From a virus: DNA of 64,000 nucleotides. Position 1 is the stretch's first letter. Each line of letters begins with the position of its first letter. The notes beneath the pieces were generated by a model. That model saw only the letters and a list, made by a program, of their open reading frames with translations. It was not told where the DNA came from and ran no database searches. The translations under genes were made by a program, and so were the position numbers. Of the stretch, positions 9,840 to 19,449 are shown in pieces. The stretch spans positions 1-64,000 of the IMG/VR virus record IMGVR_UViG_3300033233_000020; one strand, given 5' to 3'.

Positions 9840-10590
9840 CTCCCTAGCGCTCTGGACACCAGAGCAAGTTCAGTTAATTTCCACCACCATTGCGCCTGGC
9901 TGCAGCAACGATGAGCTACGGCTATTTGCCTATGCCTGCCAGCGGACGGGATTAGATCCGTTCAGCCGCCAGATCTACGCCATTAAGCGTGGAAAAATGA
10001 CCATACAGGTTGGCATTGACGGCCTCAGGTCCATCGCGGAGAGAACGGGACAGTTGGCCGGCAGCCAACGCTTTTGGTGCGGCCCAGACGGTGAATGGCG
10101 CGAAGCGTGGCTTGAAGCCGCTCCACCTGCCGCTGCAAAGGTTGTCGTCTACCGCAAAGGCTGCGACCATCCATTTGTTGGCATCGCCGTCTTTAAGGAC
10201 TACAGCACTGGCGACAACCTATGGCGCAAAATGCCAAGCGTGATGATCGGCAAGTGCGCCGAGGCGCAAGCACTTAGAGCTGGTTTCCCTGCGGATTTGT
10301 CTGGGCTGTATACGTCAGACGAAATGGAGCAAGCCGATGTGCAGCCTGTTACGGTCACTGCCACCAGCACTGCTGCACCAGCACTGCCTGCAGGTGATGA
10401 CAAGGTGTTTATTGCTGGCAAGGCTGCCATCGCAAAGGCAACCAATATGGAAGCCCTAGCCAAGGTGACCGAGCGCATGGAAGCCCGCAAAGGTGACCTA
10501 TCTGCTGAGCAGCAGGAGATCCTGCTAGCGCTTGCGTTGGAAAAGGAAGCCAGCTTTACCACTGCTGAAGAGGATCCATTTGATGACTGA
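9829..10590 (+). CDS. bet: Bet/RecT-family single-strand annealing recombinase
   Basis: [57 protein letters not shown]. Confidence 0.9.
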   Translation: MTSSSLALWTPEQVQLISTTIAPGCSNDELRLFAYACQRTGLDPFSRQIYAIKRGKMTIQVGIDGLRSIAERTGQLAGSQRFWCGPDGEWREAWLEAAPPAAAKVVVYRKGCDHPFVGIAVFKDYSTGDNLWRKMPSVMIGKCAEAQALRAGFPADLSGLYTSDEMEQADVQPVTVTATSTAAPALPAGDDKVFIAGKAAIAKATNMEALAKVTERMEARKGDLSAEQQEILLALALEKEASFTTAEEDPFDD

Positions 10591-10792
10591 GCCGTACCTG
10601 ACGACTGACCAGCTTGCAGCGCGTTGGGGGTTGCAACCAGCAGCCATCAAAAACCAACGTGCACGCGGTATCGGCCCTAGGTACTACACCATCCCGCGTA
10701 TCGGCTTTCCTGTTGGTACGCCACGGGTCCGGTATCCGCTAGCGCAAGTGCTGGCATTTGAAGAATCCAACTCCATTACACCACTGAACTAA
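10583..10792 (+). CDS. Excisionase/AlpA-like HTH protein
   Basis: [12 protein letters not shown]...RGIGPRY...VRYPLAQV. Confidence 0.75.
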   Translation: MTEPYLTTDQLAARWGLQPAAIKNQRARGIGPRYYTIPRIGFPVGTPRVRYPLAQVLAFEESNSITPLN

Positions 10793-10794
10793 TC

Positions 10795-11118
10795 ATGCTT
10801 AGCATCACAGCACAAGGCAACATTGGCCGCGATCCCGAACTTAAGCAGGTAGGCGCAAATCAAGTTGCAAGTTTTTCGCTTGCGGCCAGCACCGGCAAAA
10901 ACGAAACAACATGGATCGAGTGTTCCGTGTGGGGCGCCAGATCAGATGTGGCAATGCGGTTCTTAAAAAAAGGCGGCTCAATTACAGTTTCTGGCCGTGG
11001 AAAAACTCGCGCTTACCTAAAAAAAGACGGCATTGCTGCATCATCTATTGAGCTTGATGTTTTTGATTTTACTTTGCCATTGCGCGCGAGCAATACCAAT
11101 GATGAGGTTGCTTTCTGA
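10795..11118 (+). CDS. ssb: Single-stranded DNA-binding protein
   Basis: GNIGRDPEL, TTWIECSVWG, LKKG..ITVSG, acidic C-terminus ending in F. Confidence 0.9.
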   Translation: MLSITAQGNIGRDPELKQVGANQVASFSLAASTGKNETTWIECSVWGARSDVAMRFLKKGGSITVSGRGKTRAYLKKDGIAASSIELDVFDFTLPLRASNTNDEVAF

Positions 11119-11273
11119 TGGATAAGCCCGACCTAATCGAAGCCGCCTTCCGCGACTGGTGGTTCGACTCCTACAACCGCCCGCCTAACCCCCAGGCGAC
11201 TATGACGCACGTCGCCTTTGCTAATTACATACTCGCACTGCTGGAACTAACCCAAGATGTACAAACTCCTTAG
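11118..11273 (+). CDS. Small hypothetical protein
   Basis: MDKPDLIEAAFRDWWFDSY; coupled to ssb. Confidence 0.5.
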   Translation: MDKPDLIEAAFRDWWFDSYNRPPNPQATMTHVAFANYILALLELTQDVQTP

Positions 11274-11574
11274 CCTCGCGCTTCTACTGCTGCCCTTACC
11301 GGCAGCCGCCAGGCCAGTCACTGCAACGGTCTACGACGGCTGGTATCACGGCCGCACCACGGCTTGCGGCAGCACTTACCAGCACTGGGGCATTAGCGCC
11401 GCCCATCCTTGGCTGCCATGCGGTACGCCCGTTCAGGTCAGTCACCACGGCAAGCACCTGACCGTGCGCATCACTGACCGCTGCGACTGCAACAGCATTG
11501 ACCTAAGCGCCGGCGCCGCTTACCGCCTTGGTGTACCGCTTGATGGCATTGCCACCGTACAAATCAGCTACTAA
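11257..11574 (+). CDS. RlpA-like double-psi beta-barrel (DPBB) protein with signal peptide
   Basis: YHGRTTACG, SAAHPWLPCGT, VRITDR, IDLS. Confidence 0.85.
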   Translation: MYKLLSLALLLLPLPAAARPVTATVYDGWYHGRTTACGSTYQHWGISAAHPWLPCGTPVQVSHHGKHLTVRITDRCDCNSIDLSAGAAYRLGVPLDGIATVQISY

Positions 11575-11591
11575 TTACCCCAGCGACCCCC

Positions 11592-11873
11592 ATGACTAAT
11601 TCCATCACCCCACCGCCGGAGCTAGCCCAGCCCGAGCGGGAAGGGCCCGAGGGCTCCTACTTTACGGACGGTGACTACAACCGCGAAATCCACTACGCTT
11701 GGGAGCTGCACGACGCCGAGGGCGAATGGCAAGCAGGCGGTTCAGCTAACAGATTGGATGATGTCCGGCAAGAAGGTAGTCATTACCTGCAGACCTACTC
11801 CCAAGACGGCCCCCACAAGTTGATCATTCAGCGGCATTGCTTATCAACTATTGAAGAGGTGACCAATGGCTGA
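11592..11873 (+). CDS. Hypothetical protein with ITPPPEL N-terminus
   Basis: ORF; its first codons share 22 identical bp with the gene at 59266. Confidence 0.6.
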   Translation: MTNSITPPPELAQPEREGPEGSYFTDGDYNREIHYAWELHDAEGEWQAGGSANRLDDVRQEGSHYLQTYSQDGPHKLIIQRHCLSTIEEVTNG

Positions 11874-12078
11874 CCTTTCCCCCGCCACCGCCGCCATCCT
11901 GGACGCCTATTGGGAAGCGTTCAATGCGCCGCTTGAAGGCGCCGTGCATCGACCACTGGCCGCCGCCCTGCGGGCTGCTGCTGATCAAATGAGCTGCTAT
12001 CAATCCAAAAAGTTTTTGTACTCTATTGTTGACGCCATGAAGCTCCGCGCCATCGCCGCCGAGCTGGAGGGCCAATGA
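11866..12078 (+). CDS. Small hypothetical cyanophage protein
   Basis: LSPATAAILDAY...AAALRAAADQ...IAAELEG; coupled ORF. Confidence 0.6.
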   Translation: MADLSPATAAILDAYWEAFNAPLEGAVHRPLAAALRAAADQMSCYQSKKFLYSIVDAMKLRAIAAELEGQ

Positions 12079-12239
12079 CCCGCTGGCGCATCCTGGCCAA
12101 AGCCCTTGGCGAGAAGGGTCACCCTGACCCACGCATCGCTGATCGCATCGCCTTGGTGCGCCTTGCCATCCTGCTCAGCTACCTAACTACCAACACCGTC
12201 ATCATCGCCGGGGTTATCCGGCATTGGAACCACACATGA
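12075..12239 (+). CDS. Small membrane protein
   Basis: MTRWRILAKALGEKG...TNTVIIAGVIRHWN; ATGA overlaps on both sides. Confidence 0.6.
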   Translation: MTRWRILAKALGEKGHPDPRIADRIALVRLAILLSYLTTNTVIIAGVIRHWNHT

Positions 12240-12619
12240 AACCTGCTATAGAGCACGGTGAGAAATGCTACAACGCTCGCCTAACTGAAGAGCAAGTGCG
12301 CCTTGCTCGCATTTATGTAATGAAAGGCCCAGTTGGTACATTGCCGCTATGCGCTAGGCGGTGGGAAGTTGGCGTTCAGACACTACGCAATGCAGTGATC
12401 TACAAAACCTGGAAGCATATCCCACCACCTACTGCATCTGAGCTGGCTGATACGCCGCTGCCGCACTGGATTGATTCCATTGGCGCACCTCATCGTTCGC
12501 ACTGCGGTATGTGCGTCCATTGGTGCAACGCCCGGTCATGCACCATGGGGATCCCTGAGGCTGGCGGCTTCTTTGCTAAGTCATGCGCGGCCTATGCCGT
12601 CACAAGCCTCGCGGACTAA
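12236..12619 (+). CDS. Hypothetical DNA-binding/Cys-rich protein
   Basis: GEKCYNARLTEEQV HTH-like N-terminus; CGMCVHW..C...C C-terminus. Confidence 0.6.
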   Translation: MKPAIEHGEKCYNARLTEEQVRLARIYVMKGPVGTLPLCARRWEVGVQTLRNAVIYKTWKHIPPPTASELADTPLPHWIDSIGAPHRSHCGMCVHWCNARSCTMGIPEAGGFFAKSCAAYAVTSLAD

Positions 12620-12781
12620 CCATCGAATCTGCGACTTCTGGCTAGCTTCTAGCTCCGCTAACAGCAGCGCATATTCCAGCAAGCCATTCCAATCGCCTTT
12701 GGCGTGCAATGCTCGTAATGCACTTGCATTGGCTGCGCCATGGAACTGTGCTTCCATTGTATGAACTAATGGATTCATCAT
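12581..12781 (-). CDS. Small helical hypothetical protein, head-to-head with the sigma gene
   Basis: MMNPLVHTMEAQFHGAANA...QIRWLVREA; fills the otherwise empty gap. Confidence 0.5.
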   Translation of the reverse strand: MMNPLVHTMEAQFHGAANASALRALHAKGDWNGLLEYALLLAELEASQKSQIRWLVREACDGIGRA

Positions 12782-13685
12782 GTCCCCATCATTCAAAAGC
12801 TACCTTAACGAGATTGCGCGCTATCCACTGCTTACGAGCGCGCAAGAGCTGCTATACGGCAGACGCATCGCCAGGATGCGTGAGCTGCAAGAGCTAGAGC
12901 GCCCGTTGACAGATGCAGAGCAGCGGCTAGTGCGTAGCGGCCTGCGCGCCCGCGAGCGGTTTATGCAATGCAACCTACAGCTAGTGGTACATGTAGCAAA
13001 GAAGTACGAAAACCGTAAGCGCAAATCACTTGAGATCATGGATCTCATCCAGGAAGGCAATATCGGGCTAGCGCGTGCGGTTGAGCTGTTTGATTCATCA
13101 CGCGGGTACAAGTTTTCAACTTACGCCTACTGGTGGATCAAGCAAGGCATTCAACGTGCGCTATCGCAAAGCGACGCGATGATTAGATTGCCCACTGGCT
13201 TGCATGAGCTGTTGGCTAAGGTAGCTCGCACTACATCAGACCTCAGTCATTGCATCGGCCGCACACCAACACTGGCGGAAGTAGCAGATCATATCGACGT
13301 TGATGTTAATACTATCCATGATGCACTACGCCGCAGCCATGCAGTGCATAGCTTAGATGCAATATCAGCCAACAGCGAAACATTATCACTGATTGATATG
13401 ATCGCCGACCCTAAGTCATTGATTGATATGAATGAACTTAGCATCAGCCATCAAGCGCAGGAGATGCTTGAGTTAATTGATAAGTATTTAGACGACCGAT
13501 CTAAGTTTATTGTTCGCAGTCGTAGGTTGCAGGAGCCGCTGTGCTGGGATGAGATCGCCGCAAAACTTGGCATATCAAGAGCGCGCACGCAGCAACTTGA
13601 ACGCATGGCGCTGTTTAGATTAAAGATGATGCTCAACAAAGGAAAGGAACTAAATGGCACACCACTTGGCAACTACAACCATTGA
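12780..13685 (+). CDS. RNA polymerase sigma70-family factor (RpoD/group 2-like)
   Basis: YLNEIARYPLLT, NLQLVVHVAKKY, DLIQEGNIGL..AVELFD..RGYKFSTYAYWWIKQGI, region 4 HTH. Confidence 0.95.
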   Translation: MSPSFKSYLNEIARYPLLTSAQELLYGRRIARMRELQELERPLTDAEQRLVRSGLRARERFMQCNLQLVVHVAKKYENRKRKSLEIMDLIQEGNIGLARAVELFDSSRGYKFSTYAYWWIKQGIQRALSQSDAMIRLPTGLHELLAKVARTTSDLSHCIGRTPTLAEVADHIDVDVNTIHDALRRSHAVHSLDAISANSETLSLIDMIADPKSLIDMNELSISHQAQEMLELIDKYLDDRSKFIVRSRRLQEPLCWDEIAAKLGISRARTQQLERMALFRLKMMLNKGKELNGTPLGNYNH

Positions 13686-13777
13686 ACACATCAACAGCAT
13701 GTGGAGAGTATGCACTAATGGGATATGTAAAGAGCACCGGCAAGAATGGCAGGCGAAAGTTTATTACCACCAGATGA

Positions 13778-14842
13778 TCAATAATCCCAGCGCACACGCG
13801 GCCGAGGGCTGCCAGCACGAATGCCAAGATGAATGAAGCCTTTAGTGGCACCGTAACCAAGTGAAAAGGGCCACTTAGCATCGCACCAATCTTGCACGGC
13901 CTTTACGGGTACTCCGCTGATAAAAAAATCAATGGCACCGCATCCTGGTTTATAGAGATGCTCGCTATTGCTGGCACCACCGACTGCCTTGTTCACATTT
14001 TCTGGCCTGTTGCCGCTGGTGATGATGACTGGCTTGTTACCGAATTGAGTTCTGGCTTTCTCAATGAAAACGCACAATTCAGTGCAGATGTCACATTGAG
14101 CTTGGCTGGTAAAACGCCTGCGCTCTTCATTGACGCAAACATCGCCATATGTGATATGCGGTGTAATGAACGCAGTAAAAGGCGACGCCGGAGTAAAACG
14201 CGGCGCTGATTGCTGCAATGGCGGATTGCCAGCAAATAAAGCAACTTCAGCAGCGCGACGGCGTGTAAGGCCAGCTAGCGACTTGCCGTTTGCCTTGTCC
14301 CACCTAAGCAGCTCTTGAGGTACAACCATGATGCCAGGCTCGCCAGCTAACAGCCGATTGCGCAGGGTGCTGGATTCAACAGCGCCAAGACCTACGTTGA
14401 ATGCCCATGAGATCAACGCTGCCTGCTGATTGGCGCCCCATAGCTGGCTGTTGGGTAGTAGGCGGTGGATGCCATCGGCAAAACGCTGTAGGTCTTCGGC
14501 TAGCCATTGATCTGCTTGCGCTTGGCTGATAGCGGGGCCGCCAATAGTGATGCTGGGGCCAGTGCGGCCATAGCCCTGCGTCGCAACGCCAGCGGGGCAC
14601 ATGTACGGTTCAAGTCGGCAGCCTTCAAACTCGGCAACGATCTTGCGGGCAGGGTCAAACCATGCTGGGCGATCTGGTTGCTTGCCAGCTTGGCTCCATG
14701 TCTTAAACCACGGCTGATCCCTATTAAAGAGATCAGGCACTTGCTTTAATAACTCAGCTTCTAATTCAACGATCGCCGCCATTTGATGCGGCGTACCTTG
14801 GCGGTAGTAGCGGAATAGGTCGCTGAGCTTAATCTGACTCAT
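13778..14842 (-). CDS. Endolysin: GH24 lysozyme + peptidase M15A
   Basis: FEGCRLEPY.CPAGVAT.GYG, ALISWAFNVG, GLTRRRAAE; then ITSGNR...N..VGGASNSEH...AIDF...FIHLG. Confidence 0.9.
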   Translation of the reverse strand: MSQIKLSDLFRYYRQGTPHQMAAIVELEAELLKQVPDLFNRDQPWFKTWSQAGKQPDRPAWFDPARKIVAEFEGCRLEPYMCPAGVATQGYGRTGPSITIGGPAISQAQADQWLAEDLQRFADGIHRLLPNSQLWGANQQAALISWAFNVGLGAVESSTLRNRLLAGEPGIMVVPQELLRWDKANGKSLAGLTRRRAAEVALFAGNPPLQQSAPRFTPASPFTAFITPHITYGDVCVNEERRRFTSQAQCDICTELCVFIEKARTQFGNKPVIITSGNRPENVNKAVGGASNSEHLYKPGCGAIDFFISGVPVKAVQDWCDAKWPFSLGYGATKGFIHLGIRAGSPRPRVRWDY

Positions 14843-15528
14843 CGCTTGAGGTTGCGGATAGCTGCCTTAACAGGATCATAGGGACCCAGGATGGTGCTGA
14901 CCTGCGTGGCAGTAGCAATGCCGCCAATCTTTAGCTCCACGCGGAGGCGTTGGATGGGTACGTCAGGTAACGCCCCACCTTTAACATCACTGTATCTGTA
15001 CTTGCGGCCTTGCAGATCAATGATGTCCTCAGGGCCAAAGTTCTTGATTACTACCTGCTGAAGGTGATTAAGTGGATGGCATTGGATGCCATGCTTTTCG
15101 GAGCACTTGGCTACGTCAATTTTATTTGTAAAAGTAAAAACATCAGGTGCGTTGTCTTTACCGAAGTCAACTGATCCGGTAGCGCGTTTGCTGATGATGA
15201 CGCCTTGCGAGCCAAAGGTCAGCGTGTCAGGCCCGGTGGAACCAATGAATCGCCATGAGGTGTAGATACCGCGATCAAGGTGGAAGCCAAGGACCTTAGC
15301 TTTTGTTTCGCCTGCAGCTTGCATCTCGTCCCGCTTGCGTTGCGGGGTAGTGCGCATCTCTAGTCCCATGAGATGACTGCTTGGTGCATTTGCTTGGATC
15401 TTGACGATGCTTCCGTTCCTGTTGGTATCAAGCGCGAACGTTGAATACCCACGTTGCGTGGTATCCAGTGCGTTCCAGTTGAGTGCAACGGTGAGGATGG
15501 GCAAGATAGCGGCGGCTGGTGCTGGCAT
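14839..15528 (-). CDS. Hypothetical protein with hydrophobic N-terminus inside the lysis cassette
   Basis: 229-aa ORF coupled to the endolysin gene. Confidence 0.65.
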   Translation of the reverse strand: MPAPAAAILPILTVALNWNALDTTQRGYSTFALDTNRNGSIVKIQANAPSSHLMGLEMRTTPQRKRDEMQAAGETKAKVLGFHLDRGIYTSWRFIGSTGPDTLTFGSQGVIISKRATGSVDFGKDNAPDVFTFTNKIDVAKCSEKHGIQCHPLNHLQQVVIKNFGPEDIIDLQGRKYRYSDVKGGALPDVPIQRLRVELKIGGIATATQVSTILGPYDPVKAAIRNLKR

Positions 15529-15533
15529 GATCG

Positions 15534-15740
15534 TTAGGGTTTAGTTGGGACAAGGAGACCACCGATCCAGCCGGCGGCGGCACCAACCGCTGCACTGATT
15601 GCGCTGGATTGCGCATCACAGGCAGATGGTGTGCGAACGCGGCAAGCTGCTAGGTCAATGCTACTGATGATGATGCCTGTTGCTAGTAGCCCCACTAGGC
15701 AGCGGAGGAGATAGCTGCGTTCGTTGGGTGAGGTGGTCAT
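15534..15740 (-). CDS. Small two-TM membrane protein (holin-like)
   Basis: Two hydrophobic segments; lies next to the endolysin. Confidence 0.55.
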   Translation of the reverse strand: MTTSPNERSYLLRCLVGLLATGIIISSIDLAACRVRTPSACDAQSSAISAAVGAAAGWIGGLLVPTKP

Positions 15741-15976
15741 CTGCCTTCAAGCTTGCTGACTCGCTGCTCGACTGAGTTAAGGCGAGTGTAGGTTTCGCGT
15801 CTATCGTCTTTGATGTCGCTGTGCATTGCTTCTAGCTGTGTTGCTATGTGCTCCACCGCCGAGGTAAGGCGAATGACAGCATCACGCGCCTCATCGTTGC
15901 GCTTACCGAAGCCCATCGCACCCATCGCAGCCACGCTGATGGATGCTCCAGCGATAGCCGCGATGACCTCGATCAT
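15737..15976 (-). CDS. Membrane-anchored coiled-coil protein (holin/spanin-region gene)
   Basis: N-terminal TM helix plus heptad C-terminus. Confidence 0.6.
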   Translation of the reverse strand: MIEVIAAIAGASISVAAMGAMGFGKRNDEARDAVIRLTSAVEHIATQLEAMHSDIKDDRRETYTRLNSVEQRVSKLEGR

Positions 15977-15993
15977 GGTGGCATTCTACCTAC

Positions 15994-16308
15994 TTACATT
16001 GACCACGGCATACCCTGAGCAGTGGTCGGTGTGCGCTGCTGGTCGATCTGCACTTGTAGTGCAGCTTGAATTTCATCCACCTTTTCGGTGCCGCCGAGTT
16101 TGTCCTGCACCCAGCCGATGACAATCTCGGGGGTGAGGTCGGCAAAGGGGATAATAGCGTCTTCAGGAGCTTCAAGGCCAATGCTGCCGTAAGCGCCGGC
16201 AGAGTAGGTGCCGTCATTGGCATCTACGGTGTAGTGGGCAGTGAAAACAATGCCGTCAGCAGCATGACGCTCAAGCTGGGCAATGTTCCAAGTGGTGATA
16301 GTAGCCAT
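15994..16308 (-). CDS. Tail-fibre-associated small protein
   Basis: TWNIAQLERH..DGIV.TAHYTV...IPFADLTPE.VIGWV...GMPW; directly downstream of the fibre gene. Confidence 0.7.
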   Translation of the reverse strand: MATITTWNIAQLERHAADGIVFTAHYTVDANDGTYSAGAYGSIGLEAPEDAIIPFADLTPEIVIGWVQDKLGGTEKVDEIQAALQVQIDQQRTPTTAQGMPWSM

Positions 16309-16365
16309 GGGAAAATCAGTGATGGAACGATTGTAGCAGGATAGTAGAGAGTAGGTCTAGCGGGC

Positions 16366-19300
16366 CTAGCTCAGGCGGTAGAGAGTGAAAGCGTTAGCCC
16401 CAGTGCGCCGTAGCGCATAGCGAGCAGAAGTAAGTGTGGCCACAGTCAGAGAGCCCACAGTGGTGTTGCCATTGGCTCCCACGGTAAGGGCGTTCGGTCC
16501 AGTGTTGATCACACTAAACTCAAAGGTCATGTTGGTGTAGATGCCGCTGAAGCCAGCCTCAATGTCTGTACCCGTAGGTAGCGTCATCGTGACGGCTGCT
16601 GCGGTTGTGCTGGTGATGATGCCAGTCTTGAGGTTGGCAGCAGTGATGGTGGCCGTAGTATTAACGGTGGCTGGTGCGGCCTGGTTGTAGGCACGAACGC
16701 GGTCGTTAGTAATGCGGAAGGCTTCAGTTGGTGATGCCGAGCCATCTGCCGTAGTGGAGAACACTAGGCGGCCTGGCATGTCGTTGGTGCCGGGGGTGCC
16801 GTCTACTTCAGCATGAACTCTTGCAGCAGGTATCGGAGCAGTGCCATCAGACCCGCCAAAATAAATCTCGCCCAACGTATCGTTTACTTGAACAACCGTT
16901 TGACCATTGACCGTCCCCGAACGAGATTTAAGAAAATCTAAACGTGCTGCGAATTGATTATTTACATAGCAGCCAATGACTTGGGGGGCAGCCCCTCCAG
17001 CAATAGCTAATTTGTCAACAGCAGTGCCAAAAAAAGTGGTAAGCGCACTAGACGTCCCCACCAAGAGCCTGCCGGAGCTGTCGATGCGGGCGGATTCTGC
17101 GGTGTTAATCTTGGCAATGAAGGGTGCGGTAGCTGCGGCAGAAGTGAGAGTTGTGGTGCCTGCGCTATCAATCCTCATCCGCTCCGTAAGACTTGCACTA
17201 CCATCAGCAGTGGTGCTAAATATCAGACGCCCTGGCATGTCGTTAGCGCCGGGGGTGCCGTCTACAAAGGCATTGATACACGCAAGGTTGATCGGCTGCG
17301 TTCCGTCTGCACCGGCAAAAGCAATTTCTCCGACGTTATCACCGGACTGAACCGCTGTATTCGAGCCAAGCGTCGCACCTCTACTCTTTGCCAGAACGAG
17401 AAAGCCTCTTGCAAAAGCGTCGTTAAAATTGGCTACAAATGTCGCACCCGTATTATCAACTTTTTCTATTTGTAAAATATTACCGGTAATGGTTGACCCA
17501 TAGAACGCTGTACGCGCACTAGACGTACCAACTAAGAGCCTGCCGGAGCTGTCGATGCGGGCGCGTTCGCTTACCGCTCCACTGCCTCCTGTATGTATAG
17601 CCAGCGCACCGCCACTGCCAGCAGGAATCAATAGTTTGCCAAAATTGATAGCACCGATATTGAAATTAAATGCCCTAGTTGAATCCGCCCCTGATCCAGG
17701 ATCGAACTCAATAGTTCCTCCAACTACGTCAAGGCGGCCATTAGGACTCGTAGTGCCAATCCCTACGTTGCCTGCGGCGTTAATTCGCATCCGCTCCGTA
17801 GGACTAGCCGCACCATCTGCCGTAGTGGAGAACACTAGGCGGCCTGGCATGTCGTTCGTGCCGGGGGTGCCGTCTACTTCGCAGCGAATAAGACCAGCAG
17901 GAATAAAGTTTGTGCCATCTGCACCATTAAAATAAATATCCCCAAGGTCGTCGCCATCCGTTACGGTAGTATTTGTTCCTACAGTTGTTCCACGAGATTT
18001 GCTTAGGTCAAGACGCGCAGCAAATGCATCGTTTGCGTAACTGAAGAAAGAGACTGGACCCGAGGTTGTTGTTGCAATCTGAAATCTCGGAGATACCGTT
18101 CCAAATGCAGAAGCAAGGGCACTAGACGTCCCCACCAAGAGCCTGCCGGAGCTGTCGATGCGGGCGCGTTCGGTGTTATTGGTAAACAGCGAAAGCGAAT
18201 GATTACTGATTGTGCCGATGATGCCAACATTGCTAGCGGCAAGGGGCAACAGCCTGAGATCAACAGTCGAGTCAACGGTTCTTATCTGGCCGACAACATC
18301 CAATGGCACTGCAGGGCTAGTAGTGCCAATCCCTACGCGGCCTGCGTTTGTGATACGCATTGCCTCAAACATTGTTGCAGCGGCTCCAGCGGTGCCGGAT
18401 GCTGACGAATACTCAAATACATGCTCACCACTTGTATTTTGATAGTAGTTACTTGCATAGCTAGATCCGATGAACTTATTGCCCCCATCGTTGTACAGGT
18501 TCCGGGAAAAAAGCGTAAATCCGTTAACTCCGCCAGCAAACCAGTTGCTAACAGCTCCATTTAACTGAATTGCCGTACGTGTGCCAAATGCACTTGGCGC
18601 TGAAACCAGTCCAACATTCCCGCTCGCATCAACAAACAACCGCCCCGTGCCGGCTGTCGCCAGTGCCACCTGATCAGCGCCGGGGCTGTAGATGCCGGTG
18701 TTGGGGTCGCCAAGTATCGAAAGTGATGGAGATGCAGCTATACCTGAGGCGATCACTCCAGAAGTAAAGGTCGCAGTAGCGCCGCTTAGTGTGACAAAAT
18801 TACCACTAGTAAAACTTGACTGGGTACCTGTTATTGTTAATCCAGATACTTGAGTTGTAAAAACACCAGACACAAAGTTAGCTGTTGCACCTGTAACAGT
18901 AACTCCCGTAAGAGATGTAAAGTTTCCGGTTACTGAGTTTACAGTGGTTCCATTTACAGTGGTTCCGGTAATTGTTGTACCAGTAAGACTTGTAAATGTT
19001 CCAGTGGTTGAACTGATAGTTGTTCCACTAATAGTTGTTCCGGTAATTGTTGTACCAGTAAGGGAAACAAAAGTACCGCTAGTGAATTGGGCCGTAGTGC
19101 CAGTGATGGTCGCGCCTGATACCCTAGTTGTAAAAACACCAGACACAAAGTTGGCTGTTGTTCCTGTTGTAGTTGTTCCCGTAAGAGACGTAAATGTGCC
19201 GCTGACACCTTGAACTGTGGTTCCCTGAACGGTATTTCCCGTAACAGTAGCCCCAGAAACTGTAAAGTTTCCGATCAAAGTGGCTCCGGAGATTACACCA

Positions 19301-19413
19301 CTTACCGCAACACCGCTAGTAATAGCTCTATAAATACCAGATGCAGTTACATTCTGATCGGCGCCGCCGTTATCAAAAGTAATATTATCAACTTTTACGG
19401 TACCGTACGGCAT
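16366..19413 (-). CDS. Mosaic tail fibre protein
   Basis: Thr/Gly-rich N-terminal repeats, then repeated RIDSSGRLLVGTSSA and VDGTPGTNDMPGRLVFSTTADG modules. Confidence 0.85.
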   Translation of the reverse strand: MPYGTVKVDNITFDNGGADQNVTASGIYRAITSGVAVSGVISGATLIGNFTVSGATVTGNTVQGTTVQGVSGTFTSLTGTTTTGTTANFVSGVFTTRVSGATITGTTAQFTSGTFVSLTGTTITGTTISGTTISSTTGTFTSLTGTTITGTTVNGTTVNSVTGNFTSLTGVTVTGATANFVSGVFTTQVSGLTITGTQSSFTSGNFVTLSGATATFTSGVIASGIAASPSLSILGDPNTGIYSPGADQVALATAGTGRLFVDASGNVGLVSAPSAFGTRTAIQLNGAVSNWFAGGVNGFTLFSRNLYNDGGNKFIGSSYASNYYQNTSGEHVFEYSSASGTAGAAATMFEAMRITNAGRVGIGTTSPAVPLDVVGQIRTVDSTVDLRLLPLAASNVGIIGTISNHSLSLFTNNTERARIDSSGRLLVGTSSALASAFGTVSPRFQIATTTSGPVSFFSYANDAFAARLDLSKSRGTTVGTNTTVTDGDDLGDIYFNGADGTNFIPAGLIRCEVDGTPGTNDMPGRLVFSTTADGAASPTERMRINAAGNVGIGTTSPNGRLDVVGGTIEFDPGSGADSTRAFNFNIGAINFGKLLIPAGSGGALAIHTGGSGAVSERARIDSSGRLLVGTSSARTAFYGSTITGNILQIEKVDNTGATFVANFNDAFARGFLVLAKSRGATLGSNTAVQSGDNVGEIAFAGADGTQPINLACINAFVDGTPGANDMPGRLIFSTTADGSASLTERMRIDSAGTTTLTSAAATAPFIAKINTAESARIDSSGRLLVGTSSALTTFFGTAVDKLAIAGGAAPQVIGCYVNNQFAARLDFLKSRSGTVNGQTVVQVNDTLGEIYFGGSDGTAPIPAARVHAEVDGTPGTNDMPGRLVFSTTADGSASPTEAFRITNDRVRAYNQAAPATVNTTATITAANLKTGIITSTTAAAVTMTLPTGTDIEAGFSGIYTNMTFEFSVINTGPNALTVGANGNTTVGSLTVATLTSARYALRRTGANAFTLYRLS
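16742..18166. repeat. Interspersed direct repeats within the tail fibre gene
   Basis: Repeat A (48 bp): 17045-17092 and 18119-18166 identical, 17516-17563 with 3 mismatches. Repeat B (68 bp): 16742-16809 and 17813-17880 with 1 mismatch, plus a diverged copy at ~17201-17265. Confidence 0.9.
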
Positions 19414-19449
19414 GTCTTCACTGCTTTTTTCTTATTCTAACTTAACCAA

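Noticed and set aside
16742-18166. Diversity-generating retroelement (TR/VR) in the tail fibre
   Set aside because: There is no reverse transcriptase in the window, the repeats are all in-frame coding, and the differences are not adenine-specific.
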